Shown here one piece after another: positions 30,678-41,247 of a stretch of DNA of 64,000 nt. The position numbers and the translations under genes were made by a program. Below the pieces are notes generated by a model. It did no database searches. It saw only the letters and a program-made list of their open reading frames with translations, and was not told the DNA's origin. This DNA is from a virus. The stretch spans positions 54,318 to 118,317 of IMG/VR virus record IMGVR_UViG_3300008261_000027. One strand, 5' to 3'. Position 1 is the first letter of the stretch; every line of letters starts with the position of its first letter.

Positions 30678-32569
30678 TGACAGATTTAAAAGCAAAACAA
30701 AGAGAAATTGGAAACAAATTTAAAGCTATACAACAAGCCAATGAATTAAAAACTGGCGTACTTAGTGCTTTAGATAGTGCAGATAGTGCTGTGGAGAATT
30801 TCCAAGATCAAATAGCATCAACATTAACTTCTTATTCATCTTCATTTAAAAAAAAACTTCCGAATACTGACAATATCTTTGATAAGATAACCAGAGATTT
30901 AAAGAATATATTACCAGAAAAAAAAGAAAATGGTGAATCTTTTATAAGAAAAATCACTAGGGAATCAATAAATGAAACGTCTGATTCAGTAAAACCAATT
31001 TTTTTAGATAATTTAAGAAAATTATTTGCTGCCAGTGACAGTGAGTTAAATTGTGGTTTGGTAACCTCAATTACGGAAGACCAATTAACAATTTCACCAA
31101 AAGAGTTTGATTATTTACATATTTTACAAACAGATCCTCAATCAGGATTAGGTAAAATCATATATGAAGGACAAGTTAATAGGGATAAAATAAAAATGAA
31201 CAAAGTTTTTTTTGAATACTTTGATTCAAGTCCTTACTCTTTTAACACCGCAGATGGAAATACTCTTTTTAGTATGCAATGGGATAGTGCAAACCAGGTA
31301 TATAATCTAAGTGGATTAACAAATAATGGTTTAACTATCGATAAATTTATAACTTCTTATTTTGAAACAATAGAATTTCCTAAAATATCTGATATTTTAA
31401 AAAATACATTATCATTAGTTGTTCCAGTTGGAGGTATTAATTCTTCTAATTCAAATTATGATATTAATTTAAATAAATTAACAAGAGTTATAAATAAATT
31501 ATGTGCAGCATGCGCGGCTCCGTCAAATGATTCGCTAACACAAAATCCAATAGATCAATTTAATGAGAATGATATTGAAGCTGAATTTATTTTTGATTTT
31601 GATGATGTAGAAGGTATTGATTTAGATGATGAAAATTTAAGATATGATAAAGTTCTTAGATTTGTTGATTGTAACAATTATAATTTACCTGTAAATCAAG
31701 ACATTATAGAAGAATTTGGTTTCTTTGCTAGTACAAAAAACGATATAACTAAAGAATTTAATGACGCGTTGGCTAAAATAGCTAAAGACGCATACAACAA
31801 TTCTTCAGATTCAACAATTTCAATTCCAATACCACAATTTCTAGCAAATTTAGATTCACAAACTATAAAAAATTTACCAAAAGCATTATTATCATCAATA
31901 TTTTCACCTAAAATGTTTTTTCCAATAGCTGTTATCTGGAAAATGTTTAAAGCGGCTACAGTTAATACAGTGACATTAATTACAACTTTAATAAGAAATT
32001 TAGTTAAGTTTCTTTATGGGCTATTAAAAGATATTTTTAATAAATTTTTGACTGTTTTTTGGCTAAAAGTTAGACCGCATATTGCAAAAATATTAAAAAG
32101 CTTAGCTACTAAAATATTAAGAAAATCTAAAAAGAGATATCTACTAATTGTAAAGGCTTTAATTGATATATTAACAGCATTAATACCTTTTGTTGGTATA
32201 AAATCATGTGAAGATTTTTATAACGCAATTTTAGCCTTATTGAATTCACTAAAAGTAGGGGTATCACAAAAAATACCAGGACTACTTTTACAATTATCAA
32301 AAAAACTTCCTGGATATAGTGAAGATAGGGCGATTATGAATATTACTGAATATCTAGAGGCAAATGGAATTCAGACTGGAGATATATTCGGTCAAGAAAA
32401 TAATATGGTAAAATTTGTTGCGTCAATAATAAAAGGTCATCAAGATGAAATGGACCAAAATTCGTTTGTACAGGTTAGTTTAGACGCAGGAAGTATTCCT
32501 GTCGCACCTCTTGGTGGAGCAGCAACAATCATTCCGGGATTATTAAAAGCACACGGAAAATTAACATAA
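30677..32569 (+). CDS. Hypothetical (probable structural) protein
   Basis: 630 aa; TAATG-coupled in a late operon upstream of the spike gene. Confidence 0.55.
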   Translation: MTDLKAKQREIGNKFKAIQQANELKTGVLSALDSADSAVENFQDQIASTLTSYSSSFKKKLPNTDNIFDKITRDLKNILPEKKENGESFIRKITRESINETSDSVKPIFLDNLRKLFAASDSELNCGLVTSITEDQLTISPKEFDYLHILQTDPQSGLGKIIYEGQVNRDKIKMNKVFFEYFDSSPYSFNTADGNTLFSMQWDSANQVYNLSGLTNNGLTIDKFITSYFETIEFPKISDILKNTLSLVVPVGGINSSNSNYDINLNKLTRVINKLCAACAAPSNDSLTQNPIDQFNENDIEAEFIFDFDDVEGIDLDDENLRYDKVLRFVDCNNYNLPVNQDIIEEFGFFASTKNDITKEFNDALAKIAKDAYNNSSDSTISIPIPQFLANLDSQTIKNLPKALLSSIFSPKMFFPIAVIWKMFKAATVNTVTLITTLIRNLVKFLYGLLKDIFNKFLTVFWLKVRPHIAKILKSLATKILRKSKKRYLLIVKALIDILTALIPFVGIKSCEDFYNAILALLNSLKVGVSQKIPGLLLQLSKKLPGYSEDRAIMNITEYLEANGIQTGDIFGQENNMVKFVASIIKGHQDEMDQNSFVQVSLDAGSIPVAPLGGAATIIPGLLKAHGKLT

Positions 32570-32766
32570 TGGACAAAAATAAAATTATCGATATCGCTAA
32601 TAATTGCGAAAATACTCCCAATAAAGATCTTGTTGAAGGTAGGGATTTTTTAATTGAGGAATTTGAAAAAACTAAAGTATTAATTATTGATTTAACAAGA
32701 CACCTTGAATCAATCGAACTTTTATATGATAAAATAAATAACGAATTAGAAAAGCGTGTAAAATGA
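32569..32766 (+). CDS. Hypothetical protein
   Basis: 65 aa; translationally coupled at both ends. Confidence 0.6.
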   Translation: MDKNKIIDIANNCENTPNKDLVEGRDFLIEEFEKTKVLIIDLTRHLESIELLYDKINNELEKRVK

Positions 32767-34253
32767 AAATAATAGAAATTGGTAAATGTCTTGATAACAA
32801 AGATCCTAGAGGCTTCGGAAGAATTAGGGCAACCAATATTGATGAGCTAGATACCGAAAGAGCGAACTCCATCCCTAATTGGCAACAATGGTCAAAAGAT
32901 GATCCGTTTGTGTATTCACCATTTCTACCAAATCATATTAATATTGTACCTAAAAAAGATCAAGCGGTTAAAATTATTAGATACGATAGTGATAAAGTAG
33001 GTCAAAACCAAGAATATGTTTCCGGGCCATTTACAACACCACACGACTTTGGTGGACAAATCCATGATCAGCAAATAACTGAAACAACATATGGTCAGAG
33101 AAGTAAAAAAACAGATCCAATAAAGTCTTTTGAAAAAAACATAAAAACATTTAGCGATGGATTTTTAAGGGCAGAGTCTGTTGCCTCAATACCAAAAATA
33201 GAAGATATTGCAATAAGTGGAAATTATGGGTCCGATGTTATTTTAACGGAACATGGTATCGTACTACGCGCAGGTAAACTGGTAGACAAAAACACAGCAA
33301 ACCAAGAAGAAAAAGATGATTTAGCATTGTTTCCAAAATTTTCACCAAAACAATCAAAAATTTCATTAAAAAAATTCCCAGAGACTGTTGAAGTAGCATA
33401 CACCGGATTTACAGATGCTGTTGTAAGTAGAACAGATATAAAGCATCTTGTTGAATATGAATTAGATGATATATCTAGCCCAACAGAAGTTAGGATTTAT
33501 CTTTATTCAATAAAACAATCTTTTGGGGAAAAATATAAAACAGACATATTTGGGCTTAATACTGCTTTAGATAGTAACACATCTAGTTTAATTTATGAAT
33601 ATACAATACCATTAGTTTCTAGTGATAAAATACAGGAATCATATATTTTAATAAGAGATTTTATTGCAAAATTAGATATTGAAAAATTAAATGTTATTGA
33701 TGCTTCGTTAGAAGATCAGTACGCGCACCCATTTTACTTTAGACCAAAAGCTTCCTTTAAAGAACAGCCAAATACTGCTAGTTTTTTAGAAAAAATCGTA
33801 TACGGGCCAAAAAATCGTAAAAGAATTACAAATGGTCTTATTTTCAGTAGAACATCAATCGATGTTCCGGTTATTCCAAATGTAATAAGAATACCATATT
33901 TAAAGAAAATTAGTGATGTTGATCAAACTTTCGCAACAATTACTGCAGATAATATATTTTATTTATCTCAAACAAATCCAGGTGTTGGCGGCAAACAAAT
34001 AGATTTTTCATCATTATCTCAATATGAGTACACTCAGGAAGATTATTTACAAAAAATTTTACCAAATACGTTTGCAACTGTGCGAGGGGAAAAATTAATC
34101 GAAATTTTAGAATTAATGACCCTAATCCTTTTAAACCATAAACACGGAATCCTAACTCCACCCAAATACTTCGAAGAAGCTATTTCCAGCCTAAGAAAAC
34201 TAATAGACAACGCAAAACAAGATATGTTAAATAATTCGATAAGAATAAATTAA
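32763..34253 (+). CDS. Baseplate central spike (gp5/gpV-like OB-fold)
   Basis: N-terminal DNKDPRGFGRIR...P...VP; C-terminal VRGE.L...NHKH (HxH tip motif). Confidence 0.7.
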   Translation: MKIIEIGKCLDNKDPRGFGRIRATNIDELDTERANSIPNWQQWSKDDPFVYSPFLPNHINIVPKKDQAVKIIRYDSDKVGQNQEYVSGPFTTPHDFGGQIHDQQITETTYGQRSKKTDPIKSFEKNIKTFSDGFLRAESVASIPKIEDIAISGNYGSDVILTEHGIVLRAGKLVDKNTANQEEKDDLALFPKFSPKQSKISLKKFPETVEVAYTGFTDAVVSRTDIKHLVEYELDDISSPTEVRIYLYSIKQSFGEKYKTDIFGLNTALDSNTSSLIYEYTIPLVSSDKIQESYILIRDFIAKLDIEKLNVIDASLEDQYAHPFYFRPKASFKEQPNTASFLEKIVYGPKNRKRITNGLIFSRTSIDVPVIPNVIRIPYLKKISDVDQTFATITADNIFYLSQTNPGVGGKQIDFSSLSQYEYTQEDYLQKILPNTFATVRGEKLIEILELMTLILLNHKHGILTPPKYFEEAISSLRKLIDNAKQDMLNNSIRIN

Positions 34254-34276
34254 TTTGATATTTATTAAATAAAAAG

Positions 34277-35647
34277 ATGTCATATTTTCGTTCTTATTTT
34301 GAAAAAAACAACACTATCTTAAAGGATTCTCAGGTTAATACAGCCAAAAATCCTAATACCGAACTTATATATGGTTCTACCTTCTCAAAATTTCTTTTTA
34401 AGGTGGATTTTACCGATTTAATTGCAAAAATAGATGATGGTGAATATGTTTTAGATAGTAATACCAAACACTACCTAAAAATGACCAACACCATATTTGG
34501 CGATGAAACATTACTTAGACAAAAGAATGGTAGGGGTAGAGATAGAACATCGTCCTTTGATTTAATTGTTTTTAAAATTACGGAATTTTGGGACGAGGGC
34601 GTTGGCTTTGATTATGAAGATTCCGTTTATGATTTTACAGACGGTAACAACACTTTTGACGAAAGACCATCAAACTGGTTCAATAGAACAACCTTAAATG
34701 AATGGGCAACCCAAGGTGTTTATAGTGATTCCCCACAAATAATAGCCACAATTCATTTTGATAATGGTAACGAAGATTTAGTTGCAGACGTGACAAATTA
34801 TGTCAATGGAATAATATCCGGAGACACAAATCATGGGCTTGGTTTAGCATTTGCTGTTTTATATCAAGATATTGAAAGCGAAGTTGATCAATCGGTAGCT
34901 TTTTTTACAAAATATACACAAACGTTTTTTGAGCCATTTGTTGAATCTGTTTTTGCGGACCGAATAGATGATAATAGACAAAATTTTGTGGAGAAAATGG
35001 ACCAAAATTTATATCTATATGTCACAAAAGGAACAAATTTTTATGATTTGGATTCCGCGCCCACAGTAGACATTAAAGATGCCTCTGGAACGGTCATAAC
35101 TGGTTTAGGTGACATTCAATCCGTTAAAGTTAGAAAAGGTATATACAAGATAACTTTTGGCTTAGATGGGGTTTTATGCGACGGTAAGAGATTCTATTAT
35201 GATTTTTGGAAAGGTCTATCCCTAGACGGAGTATCGATCAGCAGTGTTAGTCAAAAGTTTGTACCAAAACCTTATTCAGCAAAGTTTACTGTTGGGGAAA
35301 ATCAAAAAGAATTAGAAAGATATTCTGTTCAATTTTTTGGTGTTAAACTAAACGAAAAAATTAAAAGAGGTGAACTCAGAAAAATTACTATTAATTTCAG
35401 ATCAATTGATGTTCCAAAATCACAATTATTTGAAGAGGTTTATTATAGAATATATGTTAAAGAAGGTAAAACTAACGTAAATGTGTTTGACTGGACTCAA
35501 TTAGATGTTACTAATGAAAACTCATTCATGCTTGATACTTCTATTTTAATTCCTAGAGAATATTTTCTAGAAATAAAAGGTAAGACACATAGTGAATTTA
35601 TTTACTATAATAATGAAATAAAATTTGAGATTGTCTCAGAAAAATAA
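34277..35647 (+). CDS. Virion structural protein (DNRLRE-like domain)
   Basis: S.FLFK.DF, WDEG.G, DVT.YV, N.GLG; late motif upstream. Confidence 0.55.
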   Translation: MSYFRSYFEKNNTILKDSQVNTAKNPNTELIYGSTFSKFLFKVDFTDLIAKIDDGEYVLDSNTKHYLKMTNTIFGDETLLRQKNGRGRDRTSSFDLIVFKITEFWDEGVGFDYEDSVYDFTDGNNTFDERPSNWFNRTTLNEWATQGVYSDSPQIIATIHFDNGNEDLVADVTNYVNGIISGDTNHGLGLAFAVLYQDIESEVDQSVAFFTKYTQTFFEPFVESVFADRIDDNRQNFVEKMDQNLYLYVTKGTNFYDLDSAPTVDIKDASGTVITGLGDIQSVKVRKGIYKITFGLDGVLCDGKRFYYDFWKGLSLDGVSISSVSQKFVPKPYSAKFTVGENQKELERYSVQFFGVKLNEKIKRGELRKITINFRSIDVPKSQLFEEVYYRIYVKEGKTNVNVFDWTQLDVTNENSFMLDTSILIPREYFLEIKGKTHSEFIYYNNEIKFEIVSEK

Positions 35648-35661
35648 AATATTTATATATT

Positions 35662-36117
35662 ATGAAACTAGAAAACGTGATAAAAAAACACCTCAAAACT
35701 TTGACTGAAAATAAACAAGAAGATTATATTCACGAAAAGGGAACATATATGGTTTTACAAAACCTTGTTCTTATGAAAGAAAATATTGAAAAAATATTGA
35801 GTATGAAAAATCACCCAGATTTTCCTAAGTGTGTAACTGGGGAACATGCTTGGGCTGGTGATCATATCGCCACATCAAAAGATGATATTGAGGAAGTTAC
35901 TGGATTCGTAAGTTCTCGTTGTGGTAGTGATGAACAACTTAACGAAATGGAAGAAATTGATGAAAGTAAAAACTGTCCAACTGACCCAGCAAAATGGGCG
36001 GCATCAAAAGCAGCGGCAAAGTCAAAATTTAAAGTTTATCCGTCAGCTTATGCAAATGGATGGGCTGCAAAGAATTACAAAGAAAAAGGTGGTGGTTGGA
36101 AAAAATGTGAAAAATAA
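35662..36117 (+). CDS. Hypothetical protein (DUF5872-like C-terminus)
   Basis: PAKW....AAAK.KF.VYPSAYANGW....YK..GG.W. Confidence 0.6.
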   Translation: MKLENVIKKHLKTLTENKQEDYIHEKGTYMVLQNLVLMKENIEKILSMKNHPDFPKCVTGEHAWAGDHIATSKDDIEEVTGFVSSRCGSDEQLNEMEEIDESKNCPTDPAKWAASKAAAKSKFKVYPSAYANGWAAKNYKEKGGGWKKCEK

Positions 36118-36121
36118 AATT

Positions 36122-37105
36122 ATGAAAATACTTGTAAACGAAGAGGATTTAAAATACATTGAAGAGTCAATCATGACTGGTGAAGTCTTGAAAGAAGATC
36201 TTAGAAGATGGTTTAAAGAAAAATGGGTTGACGTATCTAGAAAGGTTGGTGGAAAACATCCACCATGTGGAAGAAAAGATGCAAACGGAAAAACGTACCC
36301 AAAATGTAGACCATCTAAAAAAGTTTCAAAGGAAACACCAAAAACATCAGGTTCATATAGTAAAAAAGAAAAGAAAGCAATGACAGCACAAAAAAGACGT
36401 GCTGAAAAAAAAGATCCTAAAGTTGGCAAAGGTAATAAACCAACATTTGCTAGATTTGATGAAAACGTTAATAGAGACCAAATAGTAAACCTTATTTTAA
36501 ATTCGATAAATGAGGTTAAAGTCGATAATAGAGGTCCCAGAATCGTCCTTAATGAGTCTAAATCGATAATTTCAGAATCATTAATGTATCATATAAATAA
36601 CAATTTACCTCTAACAGAAAATGTTTACAGAATTTATTCTGATGAATTTTTTAAATTGTATGTAGAGGCTAAAGATTTCATGAATAAAGGTTCAGTAGAA
36701 TTTTTTGGCGATGATCTAGATTTATTACAAACAAATATTGGTGAAGTTGGTATATTTGAAGGGTCTGAAGTTTACTTAGATATTCCATTTATTGATGGAG
36801 AAGAAGAATATCTGGTAGAAGCTAAACACAGAGGTCGAAACGTAAAATTAAATAAACCATTTAGAACCCCTGGTGGGCCTAAAAAATTCGCGGTCTATGT
36901 AAAAACTCCAGGCGGAAATATAAAAAAAGTTACCTTTGGTGACCCAAATCTTCGAGTTAGAAGCTCAAATAAAAAAGCTGCAAAATCCTTTAGAGCTAGA
37001 CATAAATGTGCTCAAAAGAAAGATAGAACAACAGCTGGTTATTGGAGTTGTAACATCTCAAGATATCGTAAAGCATTAGGTATCAAATCATCAAATCCTT
37101 GGTAA
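36122..37105 (+). CDS. Multi-module basic protein (DUF6321-like C-terminus)
   Basis: LRRWFKEKWVD..PCGR..YPKCRP and KKFAVYV..FGDP..FRARHKC..AGYWSC, separated by LxE sites; likely start 36122. Confidence 0.6.
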   Translation: MKILVNEEDLKYIEESIMTGEVLKEDLRRWFKEKWVDVSRKVGGKHPPCGRKDANGKTYPKCRPSKKVSKETPKTSGSYSKKEKKAMTAQKRRAEKKDPKVGKGNKPTFARFDENVNRDQIVNLILNSINEVKVDNRGPRIVLNESKSIISESLMYHINNNLPLTENVYRIYSDEFFKLYVEAKDFMNKGSVEFFGDDLDLLQTNIGEVGIFEGSEVYLDIPFIDGEEEYLVEAKHRGRNVKLNKPFRTPGGPKKFAVYVKTPGGNIKKVTFGDPNLRVRSSNKKAAKSFRARHKCAQKKDRTTAGYWSCNISRYRKALGIKSSNPW

Positions 37106-37106
37106 T

Positions 37107-37580
37107 ATGATTAAATTTAGTGAAATATTTGAATCCTATTACGATGATGATGAAGGTGAATACGGATTTAAAGAAAGTAGTTTTGATGATTTAAAAATCC
37201 ATTTTGAATTATTATGTTCAAAACATGAATATTCTTTGGTTAAAGATAAAAAAACAGGAATAAATTATATCACATATACCGACAATATCAACGATTCATA
37301 TCAACAGGGCTATTCGTATAAAAGTGTTGATTATGATGAAGATGGGGGTTATACATATTATGAGTTTAATGATGATACGGCAGAACTTACAGAAGACGGT
37401 ATAGCATTATTTACTCAGGAAGAAGTTAAGAATGACAGAGTAACCGAAGATGTTGAACAATTTGCAAATGGTGGTGTTGATGAAGAGGTCTTGAGAATAA
37501 CTAAAGAAAATCAAGGTTTAATCAATACTCATTTTTTAGATTTAATTAAAGAGTTTTTTAGTGAAAAGTATAGAAAATAA
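37107..37580 (+). CDS. Hypothetical acidic protein
   Basis: 157-aa ORF. Confidence 0.6.
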   Translation: MIKFSEIFESYYDDDEGEYGFKESSFDDLKIHFELLCSKHEYSLVKDKKTGINYITYTDNINDSYQQGYSYKSVDYDEDGGYTYYEFNDDTAELTEDGIALFTQEEVKNDRVTEDVEQFANGGVDEEVLRITKENQGLINTHFLDLIKEFFSEKYRK

Positions 37581-37851
37581 ATTACCGTTTATTGAAGAAA
37601 AGATTGGCTCTTTTTACGAAAGAACATTTTCTAATGAGGTTAATGAGTCGGAATTAAAATGGCATTTTGACCTAGAGGACAGAATTGTTATTTGCGAACA
37701 CGAAACGGATTGGATGCTTCAAATGGACAATCAATTACCATTTAAAATTCAAAAAAATAAACAATATTTTATTTCTGAAGGGGAATATCATCGAATAATA
37801 AAAGGTAATGGAAATCTTACTGTAAAAGTATTTAAATTAACTTCATCTTAG
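37561..37851 (+). CDS. Cupin-like protein
   Basis: WH.D.EDR...W..Q.DN..P...I..G.YHR..KG. Confidence 0.6.
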   Translation: MKSIENKLPFIEEKIGSFYERTFSNEVNESELKWHFDLEDRIVICEHETDWMLQMDNQLPFKIQKNKQYFISEGEYHRIIKGNGNLTVKVFKLTSS

Positions 37852-38146
37852 ACCAATACCACACCCTATTATCCGAATATCTACTGAGGCTTTTTGCCTC
37901 TTTTTTTTCCATTAATTTACTAATTTGTGATATATCCGCTTGGTTTCTAATATCTATACCAACATTAAACCCACCATCGGATTTTTCGTGAATAGTTTCC
38001 TTCATTGGTTCCACATACTTACCTTCATCATCTAGTTTAAGCATTTTTACCATCTCATCCTTTTTCATTTTACATTCAATCCCACGTTGGTATACCATTT
38101 TTTCAAGGACGTCTGTTCGGAGCTTGCTGTAATCTGTTTCACCCAT
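37832..38146 (-). CDS. HeH/SAP-like nucleic-acid-binding protein
   Basis: DYSKL...LE.....RGI....KK.EMV..L; start at 38146 directly after a consensus host promoter. Confidence 0.55.
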   Translation of the reverse strand: MGETDYSKLRTDVLEKMVYQRGIECKMKKDEMVKMLKLDDEGKYVEPMKETIHEKSDGGFNVGIDIRNQADISQISKLMEKKEAKSLSRYSDNRVWYWSKMKLI

Positions 38147-38151
38147 AAATG

Positions 38152-38183
38152 CAAAAATAAAGAAAATTTTAGAATATTCCAAA
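38152..38183 (-). promoter_or_regulatory. Bacteroidota sigma70 promoter (consensus)
   Basis: Minus strand TTTG-N20-TATTTTTG. Confidence 0.75.
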
Positions 38184-38186
38184 AAT

Positions 38187-38215
38187 AAAAAACCCCCGAT
38201 TTCTCGAGGGTTTTT
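38187..38215 (-). terminator. Intrinsic terminator after the major capsid gene
   Basis: CCCTCGA-GAAA-TCGGGGG then TTTTTT. Confidence 0.85.
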
Positions 38216-38234
38216 ATATTAACCTAACTTAAGA

Positions 38235-39968
38235 TTATCTTAAAGTGTTAAGATCGAAAGTTTGTAAACCACTTACGTTGATGATACCGAAGTAACGGTT
38301 GTTAACCATTTTCTTTGCATATCTTGTCATGATACCTTTGATTGGTGTCATGTTAAATGGATTGTACATTGTTGGAGTTAATTGTAAAGGTACATATGGT
38401 GCGTAGATGTAACCAGCATCCAATAATGATTTACCTTTGTGACCCACAAGGATCTTACCAGCTGGTAAGTATGGATCACGATATACTTGATAACGTCCAG
38501 CCAAAGTACCGATCTTTTCGATACCCATGTTGTACTGATCTTGCTCTGGGCTAGCATTTGATACGTGGAAATACTCTAAATCATCGAATACTGCAGAAAC
38601 TTCTGAAGATACAACGATCCAGTTAGCACCACCTCTCAAAGTTGACTTATGGATTTGAGCAGAAACCTGATTGATCTTAGTGATCAATGTTTGGTTCCAG
38701 TCTTTTTGAGTGTAACCTACAAATGGAGTGTTTCCAGTTGCACCGTATTTCCACTCATTGTAATCCCACTTAGCTGACCAAGCAGCACCTTTTCTAAGGT
38801 CACGTAAAATTTCACGGTCAACCTCAGCAGCAATTTGCTCAGATAATAAAGCTGTTAATTCAGCTTCAGCATCGATGTTATGGAACGCAGATACGTCCTG
38901 AGCAAGTTCTGGAGACCAGCTAGCTCTTAATTTTCTTTCAGTAACAGATACTGTAACTGAAGCAAGATCAAATGATACTTCACCGATATTGTCTTCAAAT
39001 TCCAAAGTCTCATATGTTCTGTAAGTTACTTTGAAGTTAGCCAAAGCTAAATCGTTAGAGCTGAAATCAGCTGCAGCGAAACCAGTAGTGCTGCTATAGC
39101 TTTCCAAATCTACATTCAAATAGATCTTACCTTCTTCGTCGCAGATGTCGTGGAATCTAGAAAGACCAGAACCACCTTTCACACCATACTCAACGATACC
39201 TTTACCATATTTTTGAGTTACAACGTTGAAGTTTTTAACACCATTGTTTGCAGTTGTGTTACCAGTAACTTCAACTTGAAGAGATGCTAAAAATTCTTCA
39301 GTATCCATAAGGTTACCATTAGCACCAACCATTTTACCTTGACCGTCTTTTGTGAAACCAGAAAGAACAATAATCAAGTTAGATACACTAGATCCACTTT
39401 CATTAGCAGTAGTTGTGCTAGCAGTACCGTTTGAGAATGTTACGAAAGCGTGAGGATTGGCTTCAACTGTTGTGAAAGCACCCTTTGAATAATCGAACAA
39501 ACCTTGATCGTTTGCGTCTGAAGACTCATAAAAACGATCGTAAAGGCTCTTCGCGTTGTCACCATAACCAGCAGTAGCTGCGTCAGAGTTACCTGGCATA
39601 CCGAATGGCTGATAGTGTGCACCACTGTTTCTATCTTGAATTTTAGGTACGAAGTAGAACAATTTACCAATTGGTAAGTTCATTGCTTGTACTGATACGA
39701 TGTCGTTTGCTAACAACTTAGAGAAAACACGACGGATAATTGGGAATACCACTGTCTCGAAAGAACCAGAAGCATCAGAAACTGCTGCTTCGTTGATTAA
39801 ATAAGACGCTTGGTTTTCATACAATTGCGCGATGTTATCTTTTTGGTGACCGTCTAATCCGTCAAGGAATCCTAGGTCATCCCATTTTTTGATGGTATCT
39901 TCTTTGATAACACGAAGGTGCTTAAGACCGATGTTACCAACCATACCTGATTCTAATAATGCTCCCAT
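38235..39968 (-). CDS. gp23: Major capsid protein (T4 gp23-like)
   Basis: VSVQAM..P.G, RKLRA.WS.E.AQD...H.IDAEAEL, YAPYVPL, P.KG.MTRY. Confidence 0.97.
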   Translation of the reverse strand: MGALLESGMVGNIGLKHLRVIKEDTIKKWDDLGFLDGLDGHQKDNIAQLYENQASYLINEAAVSDASGSFETVVFPIIRRVFSKLLANDIVSVQAMNLPIGKLFYFVPKIQDRNSGAHYQPFGMPGNSDAATAGYGDNAKSLYDRFYESSDANDQGLFDYSKGAFTTVEANPHAFVTFSNGTASTTTANESGSSVSNLIIVLSGFTKDGQGKMVGANGNLMDTEEFLASLQVEVTGNTTANNGVKNFNVVTQKYGKGIVEYGVKGGSGLSRFHDICDEEGKIYLNVDLESYSSTTGFAAADFSSNDLALANFKVTYRTYETLEFEDNIGEVSFDLASVTVSVTERKLRASWSPELAQDVSAFHNIDAEAELTALLSEQIAAEVDREILRDLRKGAAWSAKWDYNEWKYGATGNTPFVGYTQKDWNQTLITKINQVSAQIHKSTLRGGANWIVVSSEVSAVFDDLEYFHVSNASPEQDQYNMGIEKIGTLAGRYQVYRDPYLPAGKILVGHKGKSLLDAGYIYAPYVPLQLTPTMYNPFNMTPIKGIMTRYAKKMVNNRYFGIINVSGLQTFDLNTLR

Positions 39969-39999
39969 TTTTAAAATATTTGTTTTTTTTTAATTCTTA

Positions 40000-41154
40000 T
40001 TATTTTATTTTACTCATTAAATCTCTCATTCTTCTGAACTGAGGTGCTTCATAGGCTTTTGACTCAGCTAACATCTCTTGTGAAGATGATGTAGAAGGGG
40101 TTGATGTGATTTTATCAACAACAGCTTCGTTTACTGGTTTTTTAGTATCCAATTCTGCTTTGATTGAGTTAAAAAGATTTTTAGACTCACTTATAGTAGA
40201 AACGGAATCAAATCTTTTTAAAATTTCCATTTTCTCCTGTTTTGTTGTTGTATGTTCTGTAAACAATCTTGTTGCGTGAGCAAGGTTTGCATTGAATACA
40301 GCTACTTCATTCAATTTTTCTTTAAACAATACTAAAGCTTTTTTATACTCTTCGTTTTGTTTTTTAAGAGTTTGAACTTCCTCATTGATTTTTTCTGGAC
40401 GTCCAGCTGCGAAAATTTTCTTAGGTAATCCACCTTTTTGGCCAAAAGCCTTTGAGTGAGCAGCTTCACCGACTTCTTCTTCGTGAGCTTCTTCCTCAGA
40501 CTCTTCTTCAGACATTTCTTCTTCAGGCATGTCATCATCGTCGCCTAATTCGATTTCATAAACAGTCTCATCTTCTTCAGCCATTTCTTCTTCGTTCCAT
40601 TCTTCATCAACTGATTCTTCTTCAGACTCATCTAACTTAATGATGTACTCATCATCACCATCTTGTAATTCGATATTTTCGCCGTCTTTTTTAACAATAA
40701 TTCCGTCTTCATCTGACATTGCTTTGAAAACCTTTAATACTTCTTCATCAGAAGCTCCGGTTAAATCTAACATGTCATCAGAATCGTCATCACTTGGCAT
40801 ATCGTTTACTGATGGCATATCACCCATTTCTGGAGATTCGTCATCGATACCTTTTGATGGTTCATCATTTATCGAGGGCATTTCTTCATCATCAGCTTTT
40901 TCAGCATCATCTTCCTCTTCTTCATCGGAAGCTGGCTGTTCTGACATGTCTTTTGATTCCTCTTCTTCAGGATTCATAGCTTCTTCATCAGCAGCTACTT
41001 CTTCCTCTTCTTCCACTTCCTCTGATTCTTTAAGCAATTCGTTTAGTTCTTTTTTCATTACTGAAGAAAGTATACCCTTTGCATTTTGCTTTACTGCTTC
41101 TTCAAGTGTATTAACTTGAAGTAACGCTTGTTCTAAAATGGATTTTTCAGTCAT
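40000..41154 (-). CDS. Prohead core / scaffold protein (T4 gp22-like)
   Basis: Highly acidic coiled coil with many LxE sites; between protease and capsid genes. Confidence 0.8.
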   Translation of the reverse strand: MTEKSILEQALLQVNTLEEAVKQNAKGILSSVMKKELNELLKESEEVEEEEEVAADEEAMNPEEEESKDMSEQPASDEEEEDDAEKADDEEMPSINDEPSKGIDDESPEMGDMPSVNDMPSDDDSDDMLDLTGASDEEVLKVFKAMSDEDGIIVKKDGENIELQDGDDEYIIKLDESEEESVDEEWNEEEMAEEDETVYEIELGDDDDMPEEEMSEEESEEEAHEEEVGEAAHSKAFGQKGGLPKKIFAAGRPEKINEEVQTLKKQNEEYKKALVLFKEKLNEVAVFNANLAHATRLFTEHTTTKQEKMEILKRFDSVSTISESKNLFNSIKAELDTKKPVNEAVVDKITSTPSTSSSQEMLAESKAYEAPQFRRMRDLMSKIK

Positions 41155-41247
41155 TTTTTTTTATTTAATTTCTTATATAAATATGTGTATTATTAAAAAA
41201 ATCTCATCTCCACATATAGAAATGAGACATTTTTTTGTTTTTTTATT

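Noticed and set aside
40640-41119. 159-aa Ser-rich + strand ORF and similar antisense ORFs elsewhere
   Set aside because: Antisense shadows of Glu/Asp-rich genes with no independent support.
41201-41240. Terminator between protease and scaffold genes
   Set aside because: Weak interrupted stem, and the T-tract is on the wrong strand for these genes.
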